The notes under the pieces: generated by a model
Seen by the model: only the letters and a program-made list of their open reading frames with translations
Told to the model about the DNA's origin: nothing
Database searches by the model: none
Shown here: positions 29,925 through 39,232 of the stretch, piece by piece
Layout of the letters: each line of letters starts with the position of its first letter
How positions within the stretch are numbered: position 1 is the first letter of the stretch
Program-made: the position numbers and the translations under genes
IMG/VR virus record: IMGVR_UViG_3300032954_000011
Coordinates: 1,757 to 65,756 of that record
DNA: 64,000 nt
Direction: 5' to 3' (one strand)
Source: a virus
Taxonomy: Duplodnaviria; Caudoviricetes

Positions 29925-30622
29925 TAGTTCTCCTTCAGCGCCTGCGTCTCGCGCCCCCAACGCCCGCACTTCTTGCATTGGAACCGCCGGTAGCGCTTGT
30001 TATTTACCAGCGCGGTGCCTCTATACTGCACCCCGCTGCCACATACCCCGCAGTGGTGCCGGTCAAGATAGATGTTGGGGTGGGCGTTGTCGAACGGACG
30101 CAGCGCATTATAGAGTTCTTCGAGCGCCAGCACGTCGCCTTTGCAATATTTAGCCAAGCCCGCCAGCGCCTTCGCGTTCCCCTTCATCACCTCGAACCAC
30201 GCTTGGGGCCAGTTGTTTTCGAGCTTCTGGTGGCGCAGGCCGAGAATCTTGGCGAGATGCTTCAGGCGATTGGAGCTAAAGTTCGCCACTGAGCGCGCAA
30301 TCATACAAGTATCACGCAGCTTGGTGGGTGGGATGGGCTCAAGTTTGTTGATGAGTAGCCGGCCCTGGATGAACCGCCGGTCGAATACGCTGGCAAAGTG
30401 CCCCACCACTATATCGGCTTGGCCGAGCAGCTTCGCCGCCTGCTTCAGCAGCTTGCTGTCGTCGAACCTATGCAGGTGCTTGCGGTCAATCTGAAGGCAG
30501 TGGGCTTCGCGCTCGCCGGCCCATTTCCACCCAAAAAGAATAACGAAACCAAGGTCACTTTTAAGTGCGTTTACGCCTGCACTTTCGATGTCGAAGAAGA
30601 GAATCTTAGGAGCTTTGGACAA
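29924..30622 (-). CDS. DnaQ/RNase H-like 3'-5' exonuclease with a C-terminal zinc ribbon
   Basis: FFDIES, GHFASVFD, YCKGDV; CGVC/CKKC. Confidence 0.8.
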   Translation of the reverse strand: MSKAPKILFFDIESAGVNALKSDLGFVILFGWKWAGEREAHCLQIDRKHLHRFDDSKLLKQAAKLLGQADIVVGHFASVFDRRFIQGRLLINKLEPIPPTKLRDTCMIARSVANFSSNRLKHLAKILGLRHQKLENNWPQAWFEVMKGNAKALAGLAKYCKGDVLALEELYNALRPFDNAHPNIYLDRHHCGVCGSGVQYRGTALVNNKRYRRFQCKKCGRWGRETQALKEN

Positions 30623-30980
30623 GGTACTTCACCGCCTTTTTAAGTAAGGTAGGGTCGTCCTGGAAAAAGCCCAAACCCTGGTTGCAGCGGCGACACAACA
30701 GGCCGCGGACTTTTCCCGTCTTATGGTTATGGTCAACATCTAAGTATCTGAAAGGCTTATACTGCTTGCGGCCACAAATACAACAGACGCCGCCACAATG
30801 CCTGTAAAGCTTGTCGTACTGTGTTCGTGTGACGCCAAAACGGCTTTTGATGGCACGCCAATATTGTTGTGCCCGGTTATGGTCCGACTTGAAATAGCAT
30901 TTGTAACAATATCCCCGGGCGAAATAAGGCATGTGCCCACACAGGGTCTTCGACGTATCCGCTTTAGTGTTGTCTCCCAT
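30606..30980 (-). CDS. Endonuclease VII-family protein
   Basis: CCICG...VDHNH.TGKVRGLLC..CN.GLG. Confidence 0.85.
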   Translation of the reverse strand: MGDNTKADTSKTLCGHMPYFARGYCYKCYFKSDHNRAQQYWRAIKSRFGVTRTQYDKLYRHCGGVCCICGRKQYKPFRYLDVDHNHKTGKVRGLLCRRCNQGLGFFQDDPTLLKKAVKYLVQSS

Positions 30981-30981
30981 A

Positions 30982-31809
30982 CTACAAATCTTTATAGGCG
31001 GCCGGCGCCAGCTCGCGGGTCTGAACCTCCCCGTAGTCTTCGCCAAGGTAGGATATCATGCCGGACTTTAACTTCTTGATGTAGACGGGTTCGAGGGGTT
31101 CGTCGTGGCGGGTCTCGAAGTCGAGCTTGAAGATGGGTTCTTTGGTAGTTGCAGGAGACTGGCGGTCCACCGAAATAATCGTATCAGCGTCACCATAGAC
31201 AGCAGTAGAGCCGCGCAACCTATCACCACCACGGCGAGGGAACTGAGGATTTGGATGACCAGTGTGGTGAACGATGATAACAGCACAGCCGTGCTCCTCT
31301 ATCCAGTGGTCGGCGACCCGCATCACCGCACCCATGTGTTGGGCGGAGTTTTCGTCGCTGAGGTGGAATTTCGCGAGCGGGTCTATGATAACCACCCGCG
31401 GCTTACAGGCGCCAATCTCGGCGTCCAGAAAGTCGCGCCCCTCCGGGGTGTCCATGCGCATCTTGGTGTCGCGCGACTTGAGATATAGTTCCAGTTCGGC
31501 GGCATGGTCGGCGGTGATAAGCGCCCGCAGGCGCTTACGGAGCGAGCTGTCTCCAATTTCCTGCTCCACGTAAAGCACCCGCACCGCGTGCGGCACCGGG
31601 AACACCGGCACCCCAGAGCGATACTTCGCCCCAAAGAGCGGCGTTCCCGACGCAAGACCTAGTGCCACATTCAACACAATGTACGATTTCCCAATCTTCG
31701 GGGCACCACCGATAATCAGTTTGGTGCGCTCTGGCAGGATGCCGCGACCTATTAGTGCTGGGCGGGGTTCGGGCTCGGCCAGCAAAAAGTCGTGAAGAAT
31801 GGTCGGCAT
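30982..31809 (-). CDS. AAA_25/RepA-like helicase
   Basis: GAPKIGKS, VIIDP, IVHH, LRGS. Confidence 0.8.
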   Translation of the reverse strand: MPTILHDFLLAEPEPRPALIGRGILPERTKLIIGGAPKIGKSYIVLNVALGLASGTPLFGAKYRSGVPVFPVPHAVRVLYVEQEIGDSSLRKRLRALITADHAAELELYLKSRDTKMRMDTPEGRDFLDAEIGACKPRVVIIDPLAKFHLSDENSAQHMGAVMRVADHWIEEHGCAVIIVHHTGHPNPQFPRRGGDRLRGSTAVYGDADTIISVDRQSPATTKEPIFKLDFETRHDEPLEPVYIKKLKSGMISYLGEDYGEVQTRELAPAAYKDL

Positions 31810-31818
31810 TGCACGGGG

Positions 31819-32145
31819 TTACTGAACGAGCGGGGTGCTGGACGGGGGCGGCCCGAGGATAGCTTCCATCTCACCGTTGTTCTGCTCGGTGCGGAAGTTG
31901 CTAATCAGTTTGGAGCGCAGCTTGTGTTCCTCGAACTGGCGGCTCATGTTTTCTTCAAGGGTTTCGAGCTCATCAGCGCGAAAGGTCTGAGTTTGATGCT
32001 CGACGCCGTCCTGGGTGATTTGCGGGCGCCGCACCCACACATCCGGGATATCCGAGCCCACAACAGCAACTGCCGACAACACAAACACATTCTCTCCGGT
32101 GGTCTTGATAACCGCGACCATGCCGGGCTTGATTTCAACTGGCAT
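31819..32145 (-). CDS. Hypothetical protein
   Basis: AAGGAG RBS. Confidence 0.6.
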   Translation of the reverse strand: MPVEIKPGMVAVIKTTGENVFVLSAVAVVGSDIPDVWVRRPQITQDGVEHQTQTFRADELETLEENMSRQFEEHKLRSKLISNFRTEQNNGEMEAILGPPPSSTPLVQ

Positions 32146-34587
32146 TTATTCTCCTTTATATTTGGCGAGGTCTTTCCAGTTAGGTCCGACCTCCACAGAG
32201 GCGGGGACGACAAAATTGCCGAGCTGCGCCCAGGGTTGCTCCATAACAGCCCGAAGGCAGCGCACTACCGCGTCGACTAGCGTTGAGGGACACTCCAGCA
32301 CAAGCTGGTCATGAATCGACAAGAGAAGCCGGGCGGGCTCGGGCAGAGGGGCCAATACCGGGCTAACCCGCGCGGCCAGCTCTTCCGGCCACCCGATGCG
32401 CCTGTACATCAGCCCAATGGTGGCCCGAAACAGGACGTCGGCGGCGGTGGACTGTGGCAGAAAGCTCGCCGACTCGGTAACAACCTTCTCGGTGTAGAAG
32501 AAACCTTTTCGCCCAAACGGGTTGGTCAGCTTGCCGTTGGTCTGCGCTTCCGCCCCCACCGCGTTCTGCCACTGAACCGTTTTCGCGTTAATTCGGTCCC
32601 AGATGTCGCAGAGCAGCTTGACCTCCTTTAGCGGAAGGTCGTAGAGGCGCGAAATCTTAACCGGCCCCATGCGGTAGTTCTTGCCATGGTTAATCCGCTT
32701 GCCCTTGTGGTAGGGCGCTTCGTTGTCGTTTGATTTCTCAACCTTCTCGTACGGTATCCCAAAGAACTGACTGGTTACCCACTTGTGCTCATTGAAATCG
32801 GGATTGGTAGCGAATCGCTCAAGGCGCTCAGCGTCTCCTGCAAACCAAGCAGTAAGTCGGTTTTCGATTTGGCTGTAGTCTGCAGAGACAAGCACCCATC
32901 CGGGGTGACTAGGCACGTAGATTCCCCGAACCGAGACTGGAATATTCTGGAGGTTAGGGTCGCTACTTGAGAGTCGTCCAGAAGCGGTTCCGTGAACGTT
33001 AAAGTGAGGGTGCATTCGTTCAACATAAGTCATGCCCTCCTTAGCAAAAGTAGTGAGTGTTTCATCGAGTGAGCGAAGGCGCCGAATCGCATCAATGCTG
33101 CGCAAACCAGTGCGATGGAAAAGTTTCGTAAGCGCCGTTTTATCGGTGGTGAGTTTCTGCGACTTGACGTGGAGCTGTTTTTCGAGCTTGAGCTCGTCAT
33201 AGAGGTAGGCTCCTACCAGCTTGTCGGAGCGCCACGGAACAATGGTCTCCGTGTCGTCGACCATGAGAAACTTGAGGGGCTTCTTGGTCTTAGCGGATAT
33301 CGTTCCGGGCGGAGCCGGCTGACGGCGCCGTATCGCAATCTCTTGCGTCCGCAGGCACGCCGGCAACAGGAGTTCAAGGCTAGCCTGTTCCTTCTCCAGC
33401 TCCTCCCGAACCCTTTCGATGCCCCGCGGGTCGAGCTTAATCCCGGTCCGGTGCATCAGATAGCAAATCTTCGCCAGCGGATACGAGACTAGCTTGTAGG
33501 TATCCTCTAGTTTATGAAAACGAATCAGCGCCAAAAGCTGCTGGAAAATCTGCGCGGTTACGTCTACGTCGCGCGCACAATAGAGCTCCAGAACGTCTTT
33601 GTCGGTTTTCCAGGCCGGCTTATTGGTTAGCTGCGAACCACAAAACCCGAGACTGTGGCCACCTTCAGTTTGGCGCTTTCCGGCATCTTCTTTTCCTGCA
33701 TCGGATTTGCCGAACTGCGGGAAGCACAAATGATGCAGAAGCATGGTGTCCCAGATTTGCGCTTCCGGGGACGGTTCAACATTCTGCGCCGCCAAGATAG
33801 GTAAGTCGAATTGAACACAATTATGTCCTACGAGTTCGCGGGCTTCGCGGAAGATTCGCTTAAGCTCGGGAATGAAAGCTCCCTTAAAAGGGATAACGAT
33901 TGGTTCAAATGGGCGAGCTGCCACGCCAACCATGGTAATGTCAGTGCTACCCCAGGTGGTTTCGATGTCGAAGAAGAGGGTGTCGGCTTTGAAAGCTTGG
34001 ACTTGTGCGAGCGTCGGGAAGCAGACATATTTATCCTCGGGCGGTATGACGAGTGACTTCCGCATGTCCGAAACCGCCACTGGGAACATCAGTTGGTCGC
34101 GCGAAAGATAGCTTGGATGAAGAGTTGGGACAGCCAGGGGCCTCTCAGAGTCTATACAGGGAACAGGGACCGGCGACCCCCGCCACCGAAATATCCCACC
34201 TTCAAGTTCTGCGACGCGCTCTAGTGCTTTTGCGCCAAGTAGGTCGATTCGCTTCCAAGGGCGCGATAGCACTAAGGGCTTTAGGTGGTTCCGCCAGCAC
34301 TGTTCGGTTGCGGCTTGGGCGTCTTCTTCAGATATATAGCTGCGGGCAGCCGCGTCAGTTGGGTAGACATTTTCGGGGGGCCGACAGCTTATGCAGTTAG
34401 TGAGGGTGAGTTCATCGCGGCTTATACCGGCCTTATGGCATACGGCATCGAACGTTCGCCCCGAACCACCTACGAGCGGTTCAAGCAGTATGGCCTCAGT
34501 TTCGCCCGGCGCCTCGGCAATAACAAGCCTCTCCGCCGTGCCCATCTTGGCGGGCACAAAGGCGTTTGTAGGAAACAAACGCCGCAT
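32146..34587 (-). CDS. polA: Family A DNA polymerase with an N-terminal family-4 UDG-like domain and 3'-5' exonuclease
   Basis: AEAPG..E, CRPP, TLHPSY; FFDIET; GTASGRLSSSDPNLQNIP, DYSQIE, HDQ. Confidence 0.9.
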   Translation of the reverse strand: MRRLFPTNAFVPAKMGTAERLVIAEAPGETEAILLEPLVGGSGRTFDAVCHKAGISRDELTLTNCISCRPPENVYPTDAAARSYISEEDAQAATEQCWRNHLKPLVLSRPWKRIDLLGAKALERVAELEGGIFRWRGSPVPVPCIDSERPLAVPTLHPSYLSRDQLMFPVAVSDMRKSLVIPPEDKYVCFPTLAQVQAFKADTLFFDIETTWGSTDITMVGVAARPFEPIVIPFKGAFIPELKRIFREARELVGHNCVQFDLPILAAQNVEPSPEAQIWDTMLLHHLCFPQFGKSDAGKEDAGKRQTEGGHSLGFCGSQLTNKPAWKTDKDVLELYCARDVDVTAQIFQQLLALIRFHKLEDTYKLVSYPLAKICYLMHRTGIKLDPRGIERVREELEKEQASLELLLPACLRTQEIAIRRRQPAPPGTISAKTKKPLKFLMVDDTETIVPWRSDKLVGAYLYDELKLEKQLHVKSQKLTTDKTALTKLFHRTGLRSIDAIRRLRSLDETLTTFAKEGMTYVERMHPHFNVHGTASGRLSSSDPNLQNIPVSVRGIYVPSHPGWVLVSADYSQIENRLTAWFAGDAERLERFATNPDFNEHKWVTSQFFGIPYEKVEKSNDNEAPYHKGKRINHGKNYRMGPVKISRLYDLPLKEVKLLCDIWDRINAKTVQWQNAVGAEAQTNGKLTNPFGRKGFFYTEKVVTESASFLPQSTAADVLFRATIGLMYRRIGWPEELAARVSPVLAPLPEPARLLLSIHDQLVLECPSTLVDAVVRCLRAVMEQPWAQLGNFVVPASVEVGPNWKDLAKYKGE

Positions 34588-34712
34588 AGGACAATTTTCA
34601 CAGCCAGGAGTTTCAGAGACAGTAGCCAGTGTAGAAACCTTGGCCGCCTATTGTTCAGCGGGCGGCCGCGCTGCCAGCGGGGAGGAGGGCCGCCGGTTCT
34701 GGGGGGAACTTT

Positions 34713-34971
34713 ATTCGTGCCGGAGGGGATTCCCGTAGCCACCCCTCACGGTGCCCTGTTGTACCCTTGCGAGTTTGGGCACCAGGATTGTGGGCTTGTT
34801 TGCTCCCACCGCATAAGTAAGCTTTCCGGCGTCTACTTTCTGACGGGTGCTCTCGGCAACATCACTGTACACTGCACGAGTGAGAACAGGTGCGGCTTGT
34901 TGCAGTGTCTCAACCGCGTTTGTTCCTGTGCCACCACACCCACAGCGCGTCTATTCCGCCACGGCACGAAT
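34713..34971 (-). ncRNA. Putative 259-nt tRNA-shaped structured RNA
   Basis: 10-bp terminal stem, D-like and T-like arms, internal pseudoknot; no convincing ORF. Confidence 0.6.
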
Positions 34972-35479
34972 TCCGGCAGACTTACCAAGAAGGTATATGG
35001 ATTCGAGGTGAAGTGCGAGCATCTCCTCATATTTGTGTAGCTCGGCAATCAGCCATGCCTGATGTTCGGCGTCGCCATGCAGCAACGGCGGCACACACAT
35101 CTCATTGACGATGCGTTCAGCCAGCTTTTTGAAGTCCACGTAACACCTCTGCCTTGAGTTCAAGGGGTTCAAACTTCGTCCCACAAATTCTGTTCGTCAC
35201 CCACGCGAGCTTGCCCCAGCCCCAATGGGTGCAGACTTCCACTGGGATGTCCAGCTTGGCAATTCCCGCGATAATGTCGGCGATATCAGACATAAAAATG
35301 TGCCGGGGCTAACGTGTCGCGCTCTGAGAGCCTGCTAGCCCCGGACTTTGCTAACGTTCAGGAGTCACCTCCGAACGAGCGGCGCGAACTATACCCGTTC
35401 GCAGGGAGAGGCTCTATGTAGAGCCTTAAAGGGTGGGGAGTCTTTGCGGCGCTCCCCGTTCCGTCTGGTGGTCCTAACT

Positions 35480-35953
35480 TCAGGCCGCGGGCGCCACGCT
35501 AAAGGGACTCACGTCAATTGCGGTCCGCTCGGTGCCGTCTTTGGCAGTATACTGGCGATGCGTCACCGCGAACTGCACACGGGCCGCGCCGTTCTGCGCC
35601 ACACGATTGATATACTCAATGTGGCGCTCCCCGTCCAGCGGGTCAATCCCGATGTTGAAGGCGAGCTTCCCGAACGCAGCCTTCGACCAAGAAAGCGACT
35701 TCCCGGTCTTGGGGTTCACCTTCGCGGGGTCCGGATACTTCACGTAGGCGCGCTTGCCGGCGTCGTCAGAGTTCTCGTCGACAGCCAGCGCGACTTCGAT
35801 GGCGCCCTCGTCGAACTTAGAGAGGTTCGCCCCAAGGATGCGGAAGGTGTGTTTGCCGGCGCTAAGTGGCGCCTCCACAGCAACTTGGCAGTCCTTGACG
35901 GTCAAATCTTCCCAACCGGTAGGCTGGGTCAAAGCATTCGTGTTATCCAACAT
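35480..35953 (-). CDS. Putative ssDNA-binding protein (DUF669-like)
   Basis: AAGGAG RBS; PLSAGKHTFRI; next to a Sak4-like ATPase. Confidence 0.6.
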   Translation of the reverse strand: MLDNTNALTQPTGWEDLTVKDCQVAVEAPLSAGKHTFRILGANLSKFDEGAIEVALAVDENSDDAGKRAYVKYPDPAKVNPKTGKSLSWSKAAFGKLAFNIGIDPLDGERHIEYINRVAQNGAARVQFAVTHRQYTAKDGTERTAIDVSPFSVAPAA

Positions 35954-35997
35954 TTGTCTCCTTGAGTGATGGGGGTTAGTGGCCCCGGCTTACACTT

Positions 35998-36028
35998 CTT
36001 TAGACGGGCGCCAGAGGGAAAACTTAAG
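35998..36028 (-). promoter_or_regulatory. Phage sigma-dependent promoter candidate
   Basis: CTTAAGTTTTC-N11-CGTCTAAAG, copy 1. Confidence 0.75.
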
Positions 36029-36048
36029 CGGGGTGCGGTAAAAATTTC

Positions 36049-36160
36049 ACGCGCCGGCAGGATTCACCACCTGCATTTGGCCCCTATTCCTACCCGTAGG
36101 TTGATTATTCAGGGCTCTGTCGGTTGTCCCGGACCGTGTCCATCCCACGGCGCGGCGCGT
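36049..36160 (-). ncRNA. Putative 112-nt tRNA-like RNA
   Basis: 8-bp acceptor-like stem, D-like arm, T-like arm GCAGG-TGGTGAAT-CCTGC; 6 nt downstream of tRNA-Asn. Confidence 0.6.
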
Positions 36161-36166
36161 CTAAGC

Positions 36167-36242
36167 TGGCTGGGGCGGTACGAGTCGAACGTACACCCTC
36201 GGCGTTAACAGCGCCGTGTCCTACCAATTGGACCACGCCCCA
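36167..36242 (-). tRNA. tRNA-Asn(GTT)
   Basis: Complete cloverleaf: TGGGGCG/CGCCCCA acceptor, CGGCG-CTGTTAA-CGCCG anticodon arm, TTCGA T-loop, encoded CCA. Confidence 0.95.
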
Positions 36243-36247
36243 GGGGG

Positions 36248-37066
36248 CTACTTTGTAGGCGCTTCCGCCACGAAGCCCGCGGTAATCTTGTTGAGGAAAT
36301 AGGGGAACGTTCCCGCCCCGGTATTCAGGTCGAACACCTCTTCGGGCGCCAACAGCGACTTTTTCGCCCAACTCGGGCGGCACTTGGCGAGCATCCCGCC
36401 CATCGGTTCGCACACAAAGTAGCGCTGAAGGTAGCGCGACTTCGCATCTTTCGGGTCGCGCAGAACGCTTCGGGTTCGCAAAATCACCACAATGTCAAAC
36501 ATCGCGACGGCGCCCAAAAACATCGCCCCTGGCAGGTCCGGCCCAATCATGGTTTCGGCGCTGGGGTTCGCCTCGTTGGGCTCCTTGATGCGAATGCCGG
36601 CGGTGCACACAACGTGCTTGTCGAGTGAGAGAAGCTGCCGCAGATATCGTCTGGTCAGCTCACCCATGGTCCCGTAGTCGTCTTGCTCGGGCACGCCCAT
36701 GCGGCGTTTCTCGCTTTCAAACCCTCGCCGCGGAATCGTCAGTACAAAACTCTGTACATGAGCACGTACCATTTCGGTAAGCGAGTCAACGCCCACGGCG
36801 GGATTTTCTTTGAAAACGCGCCCCGCGCAAAACGCCTCAAACTCATCTTTGTTCCCCGGTTCGACGAAATCGACTTTCGGAATATCCGGGTCACCAAGTG
36901 TAAGTAGACCATTGCCTTCTCCAGTCTCGCAGGCCGCAATACCGATGCCTGGAACGGTGCTGAGAAAGCGGGTTTTGCCGGAGCCGGGCGCCCCGACCAC
37001 TAGAATTTTCGCCTTGTAGGTGGCGGGATTGAGAAGGTCCTTTGTGGACCTAACGACTAGAGACAT
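36248..37066 (-). CDS. AAA_24/Sak4-like recombination ATPase
   Basis: GAPGSGKT, VDSLTE, QDDYG, GPDLPG. Confidence 0.8.
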   Translation of the reverse strand: MSLVVRSTKDLLNPATYKAKILVVGAPGSGKTRFLSTVPGIGIAACETGEGNGLLTLGDPDIPKVDFVEPGNKDEFEAFCAGRVFKENPAVGVDSLTEMVRAHVQSFVLTIPRRGFESEKRRMGVPEQDDYGTMGELTRRYLRQLLSLDKHVVCTAGIRIKEPNEANPSAETMIGPDLPGAMFLGAVAMFDIVVILRTRSVLRDPKDAKSRYLQRYFVCEPMGGMLAKCRPSWAKKSLLAPEEVFDLNTGAGTFPYFLNKITAGFVAEAPTK

Positions 37067-37302
37067 TCAGTTCTCCTTTGGGTTATTCGGTGACAGGTAG
37101 GGCTTCGGCGGCAACTACGTAGACATCAACTTCGGACTGAGGCGCACGCTCCCCAAGATAGTCCCGCAGTTCAGAGGTCAAGTCCTGTACAAGCGCGGTT
37201 GCCTCTTGCTCGGCCTCTTCAGAGCTGTTGGCGTCCAGATGAATCGAGAAAGTTGTTTCGGTGTTAACCTCTACAGCATAAGTTCCGTAGCGAGGTTTCA
37301 TT

Positions 37303-38115
37303 TTACTCCTTGAGGTATTCGTCGGCGGGTTTGTAGAGCTTGAGAAGCTCATCGTTCCAGCCGAACAGGTGGGGATTATAGAAGGCGCAAAGCGTTCCGT
37401 AGGCAGGGTTTACGCAGGCGTCGCGATTCCGGGGCCACGGTTGGTCGGGCCCGAACCTTTCAAGATAATCTTCGATAATGCGAACCGTCTCTAGCGCGTC
37501 CCGCACCGCTTCGTCTATTTGCTCCGGAGAGCGGTCGAGTGTATCGCGAAAGAATAGCGGCGGCTTCTCTCCCTTCGGTGAAGCGCGGGTGACCCGGTTA
37601 AGGACAAAAGAGCCCAGGTCAGCACCATAAATTCGGCTAAGCGCAAACTGATAAAGCGAAAACTGTGCGGAACTGGCGCGGGCTTCAGGGGTGTTGGCTT
37701 TTGAGCTTCGCCCCTCAGTTTTGTGGTCAACGCCAAAAATCGCAAAGTCGTCTTGCGCCACAAGGTCAAGTTTGCCAGTGTAGATGTGTTCGCCAACGTT
37801 TACCTCAAAAACAGTCTCAACAGCCAAAACCCGAAAAGGCTCCACGGGATAATGGCCAAGGTACTCAGCAAAAGTTTTCTGTGCTTCAAGCTCGGTGGGT
37901 TCGTCAAGGCAGGGGGGATACTCCGGGACGGGCAGACCAGCTAGGCGTTTGTAGTGCTGCTCTAAAAGCTGGTGAATTCGCGTGCCGAAATCGGTGCGCG
38001 AGGGTTTACCGGGCGCTAACAAAGCCCAGTCGGGCGCGAGCTTTTTCACGTAGCGTTCGCGATAGAGGTCCGGACAAAGCCGGAAGGCGGAGAGTGCGGA
38101 GTAGTCGAATTTCAT
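37303..38115 (-). CDS. PD-(D/E)XK (Cas4/RecB-like) exonuclease
   Basis: YSALSAF..CP, FGT.IH, GKLD, VDHKT, QFSLY, C-terminal Cys pair. Confidence 0.85.
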   Translation of the reverse strand: MKFDYSALSAFRLCPDLYRERYVKKLAPDWALLAPGKPSRTDFGTRIHQLLEQHYKRLAGLPVPEYPPCLDEPTELEAQKTFAEYLGHYPVEPFRVLAVETVFEVNVGEHIYTGKLDLVAQDDFAIFGVDHKTEGRSSKANTPEARASSAQFSLYQFALSRIYGADLGSFVLNRVTRASPKGEKPPLFFRDTLDRSPEQIDEAVRDALETVRIIEDYLERFGPDQPWPRNRDACVNPAYGTLCAFYNPHLFGWNDELLKLYKPADEYLKE

Positions 38116-38126
38116 TTAGAGGGGGA

Positions 38127-38312
38127 TTAAATCAGGATGTAGGAGATGTCAACGGGGTCGTCGTGTTGGGCGCGCCACGGGACTACGGGCGGGCGAAAGG
38201 GGCGGAAAGGGTCTGGGCAGCGGTGCGCCCCACAATTCCGGCAAACTCCACAGCGCGGACAAATATCCGGGTTGTCGCAACAACAGTTACACTTGTGCTT
38301 TCGGGTTCTCAA
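38127..38312 (-). CDS. Small Cys-rich protein
   Basis: CNCCC...CPRCGVCRNCG. Confidence 0.45.
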   Translation of the reverse strand: MRTRKHKCNCCCDNPDICPRCGVCRNCGAHRCPDPFRPFRPPVVPWRAQHDDPVDISYILI

Positions 38313-38557
38313 TTCAGTCTCGCTTTCTCTTTCTCAGACGGGCGCCGGGGGCCCACATAAAGCACCAGCACCACCTTTGAACTCCCGGGGTCCCAGAAGC
38401 TCCAGATTACCGGGGAGGTGCGCTTCCAGTCGAGGTCTTGCGCGATAATCCCGTCAACGCGGGCCTCAAGCTGATGGAGAGTTTGCTCTGTAAACTTCTT
38501 TAGTCGGAACGAAAATTGCCGCAGTTCCTCGGGTGCCGAGGGTGTGTAGAGAATCAT
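38309..38557 (-). CDS. Hypothetical protein
   Basis: Contiguous ORF. Confidence 0.5.
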   Translation of the reverse strand: MILYTPSAPEELRQFSFRLKKFTEQTLHQLEARVDGIIAQDLDWKRTSPVIWSFWDPGSSKVVLVLYVGPRRPSEKEKARLN

Positions 38558-39232
38558 CTAGGCCTCCATCACCGAAAGCTCGTTTAGGCAGCGGAACTTC
38601 GTGCCTTCCTCGGTCAATACCATGTCAACGTGGTAGTGCCCGAAGAACCATTTCTTGGGCTTGTGCGCATCGAACATCGCCTGAAGCGCCTCGCCGGTGG
38701 CGGTCTTGTGCAGGCCCACCTCCCGCTTATAGCGCAGATAGGCCTCGTCTTTGGTCCGCACGCCGTCGTCGGTCGGGCACGGCTCATGCGTTCCCACCAC
38801 CAGTTGCGACAGCACCTTACCCGCAATCAGATAGGGCGCCTCATGGGTCACCACAATCTCGGGCTTTACCTTGCAGTAAAGCTCATAGGCTGCATTCAGT
38901 TCGCGGAGGTTAAGCTGCTCATCGGGCCACCACGATAGCCCCGGTACGCGATACTTCCAGTCAATGCTCCACCCGCCGGCCACCCAGAACAGTCCCAGGT
39001 TCCCCCGAAAGCCGAAATCCCCGGCGTAGTTCGGGTGCTTTTGGCACACCTGGGGCTTGTCGTGGTTACCACGAAAGAACTGGTGGCGGTCTTCGAGCAC
39101 GGGGAGATAAACCTCCCTGAACCCCAAACCCATGTCACCTAGCTGTAAAGTCTCGGCCTCAGCCGGGAGCGCTACGAGCTTAGACAGGTAGTCGGGGATT
39201 TTTCCGTGCACATCTCCGATGATGTAGAGCAT
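38558..39232 (-). CDS. Metallophosphoesterase
   Basis: IGDVHG, LGDMG, RGNHD, VTHEAP, FGHYH. Confidence 0.9.
   Translation of the reverse strand: MLYIIGDVHGKIPDYLSKLVALPAEAETLQLGDMGLGFREVYLPVLEDRHQFFRGNHDKPQVCQKHPNYAGDFGFRGNLGLFWVAGGWSIDWKYRVPGLSWWPDEQLNLRELNAAYELYCKVKPEIVVTHEAPYLIAGKVLSQLVVGTHEPCPTDDGVRTKDEAYLRYKREVGLHKTATGEALQAMFDAHKPKKWFFGHYHVDMVLTEEGTKFRCLNELSVMEA

Noticed and set aside
34713-34971. tmRNA
   Set aside because: Too short; lacks the TTCGA T-loop, alanine identity pair and ACCA end
37303-38115. Cas4-like nuclease as part of a CRISPR system
   Set aside because: No repeat-spacer array or other cas genes; it fits the Sak4/SSB recombination module
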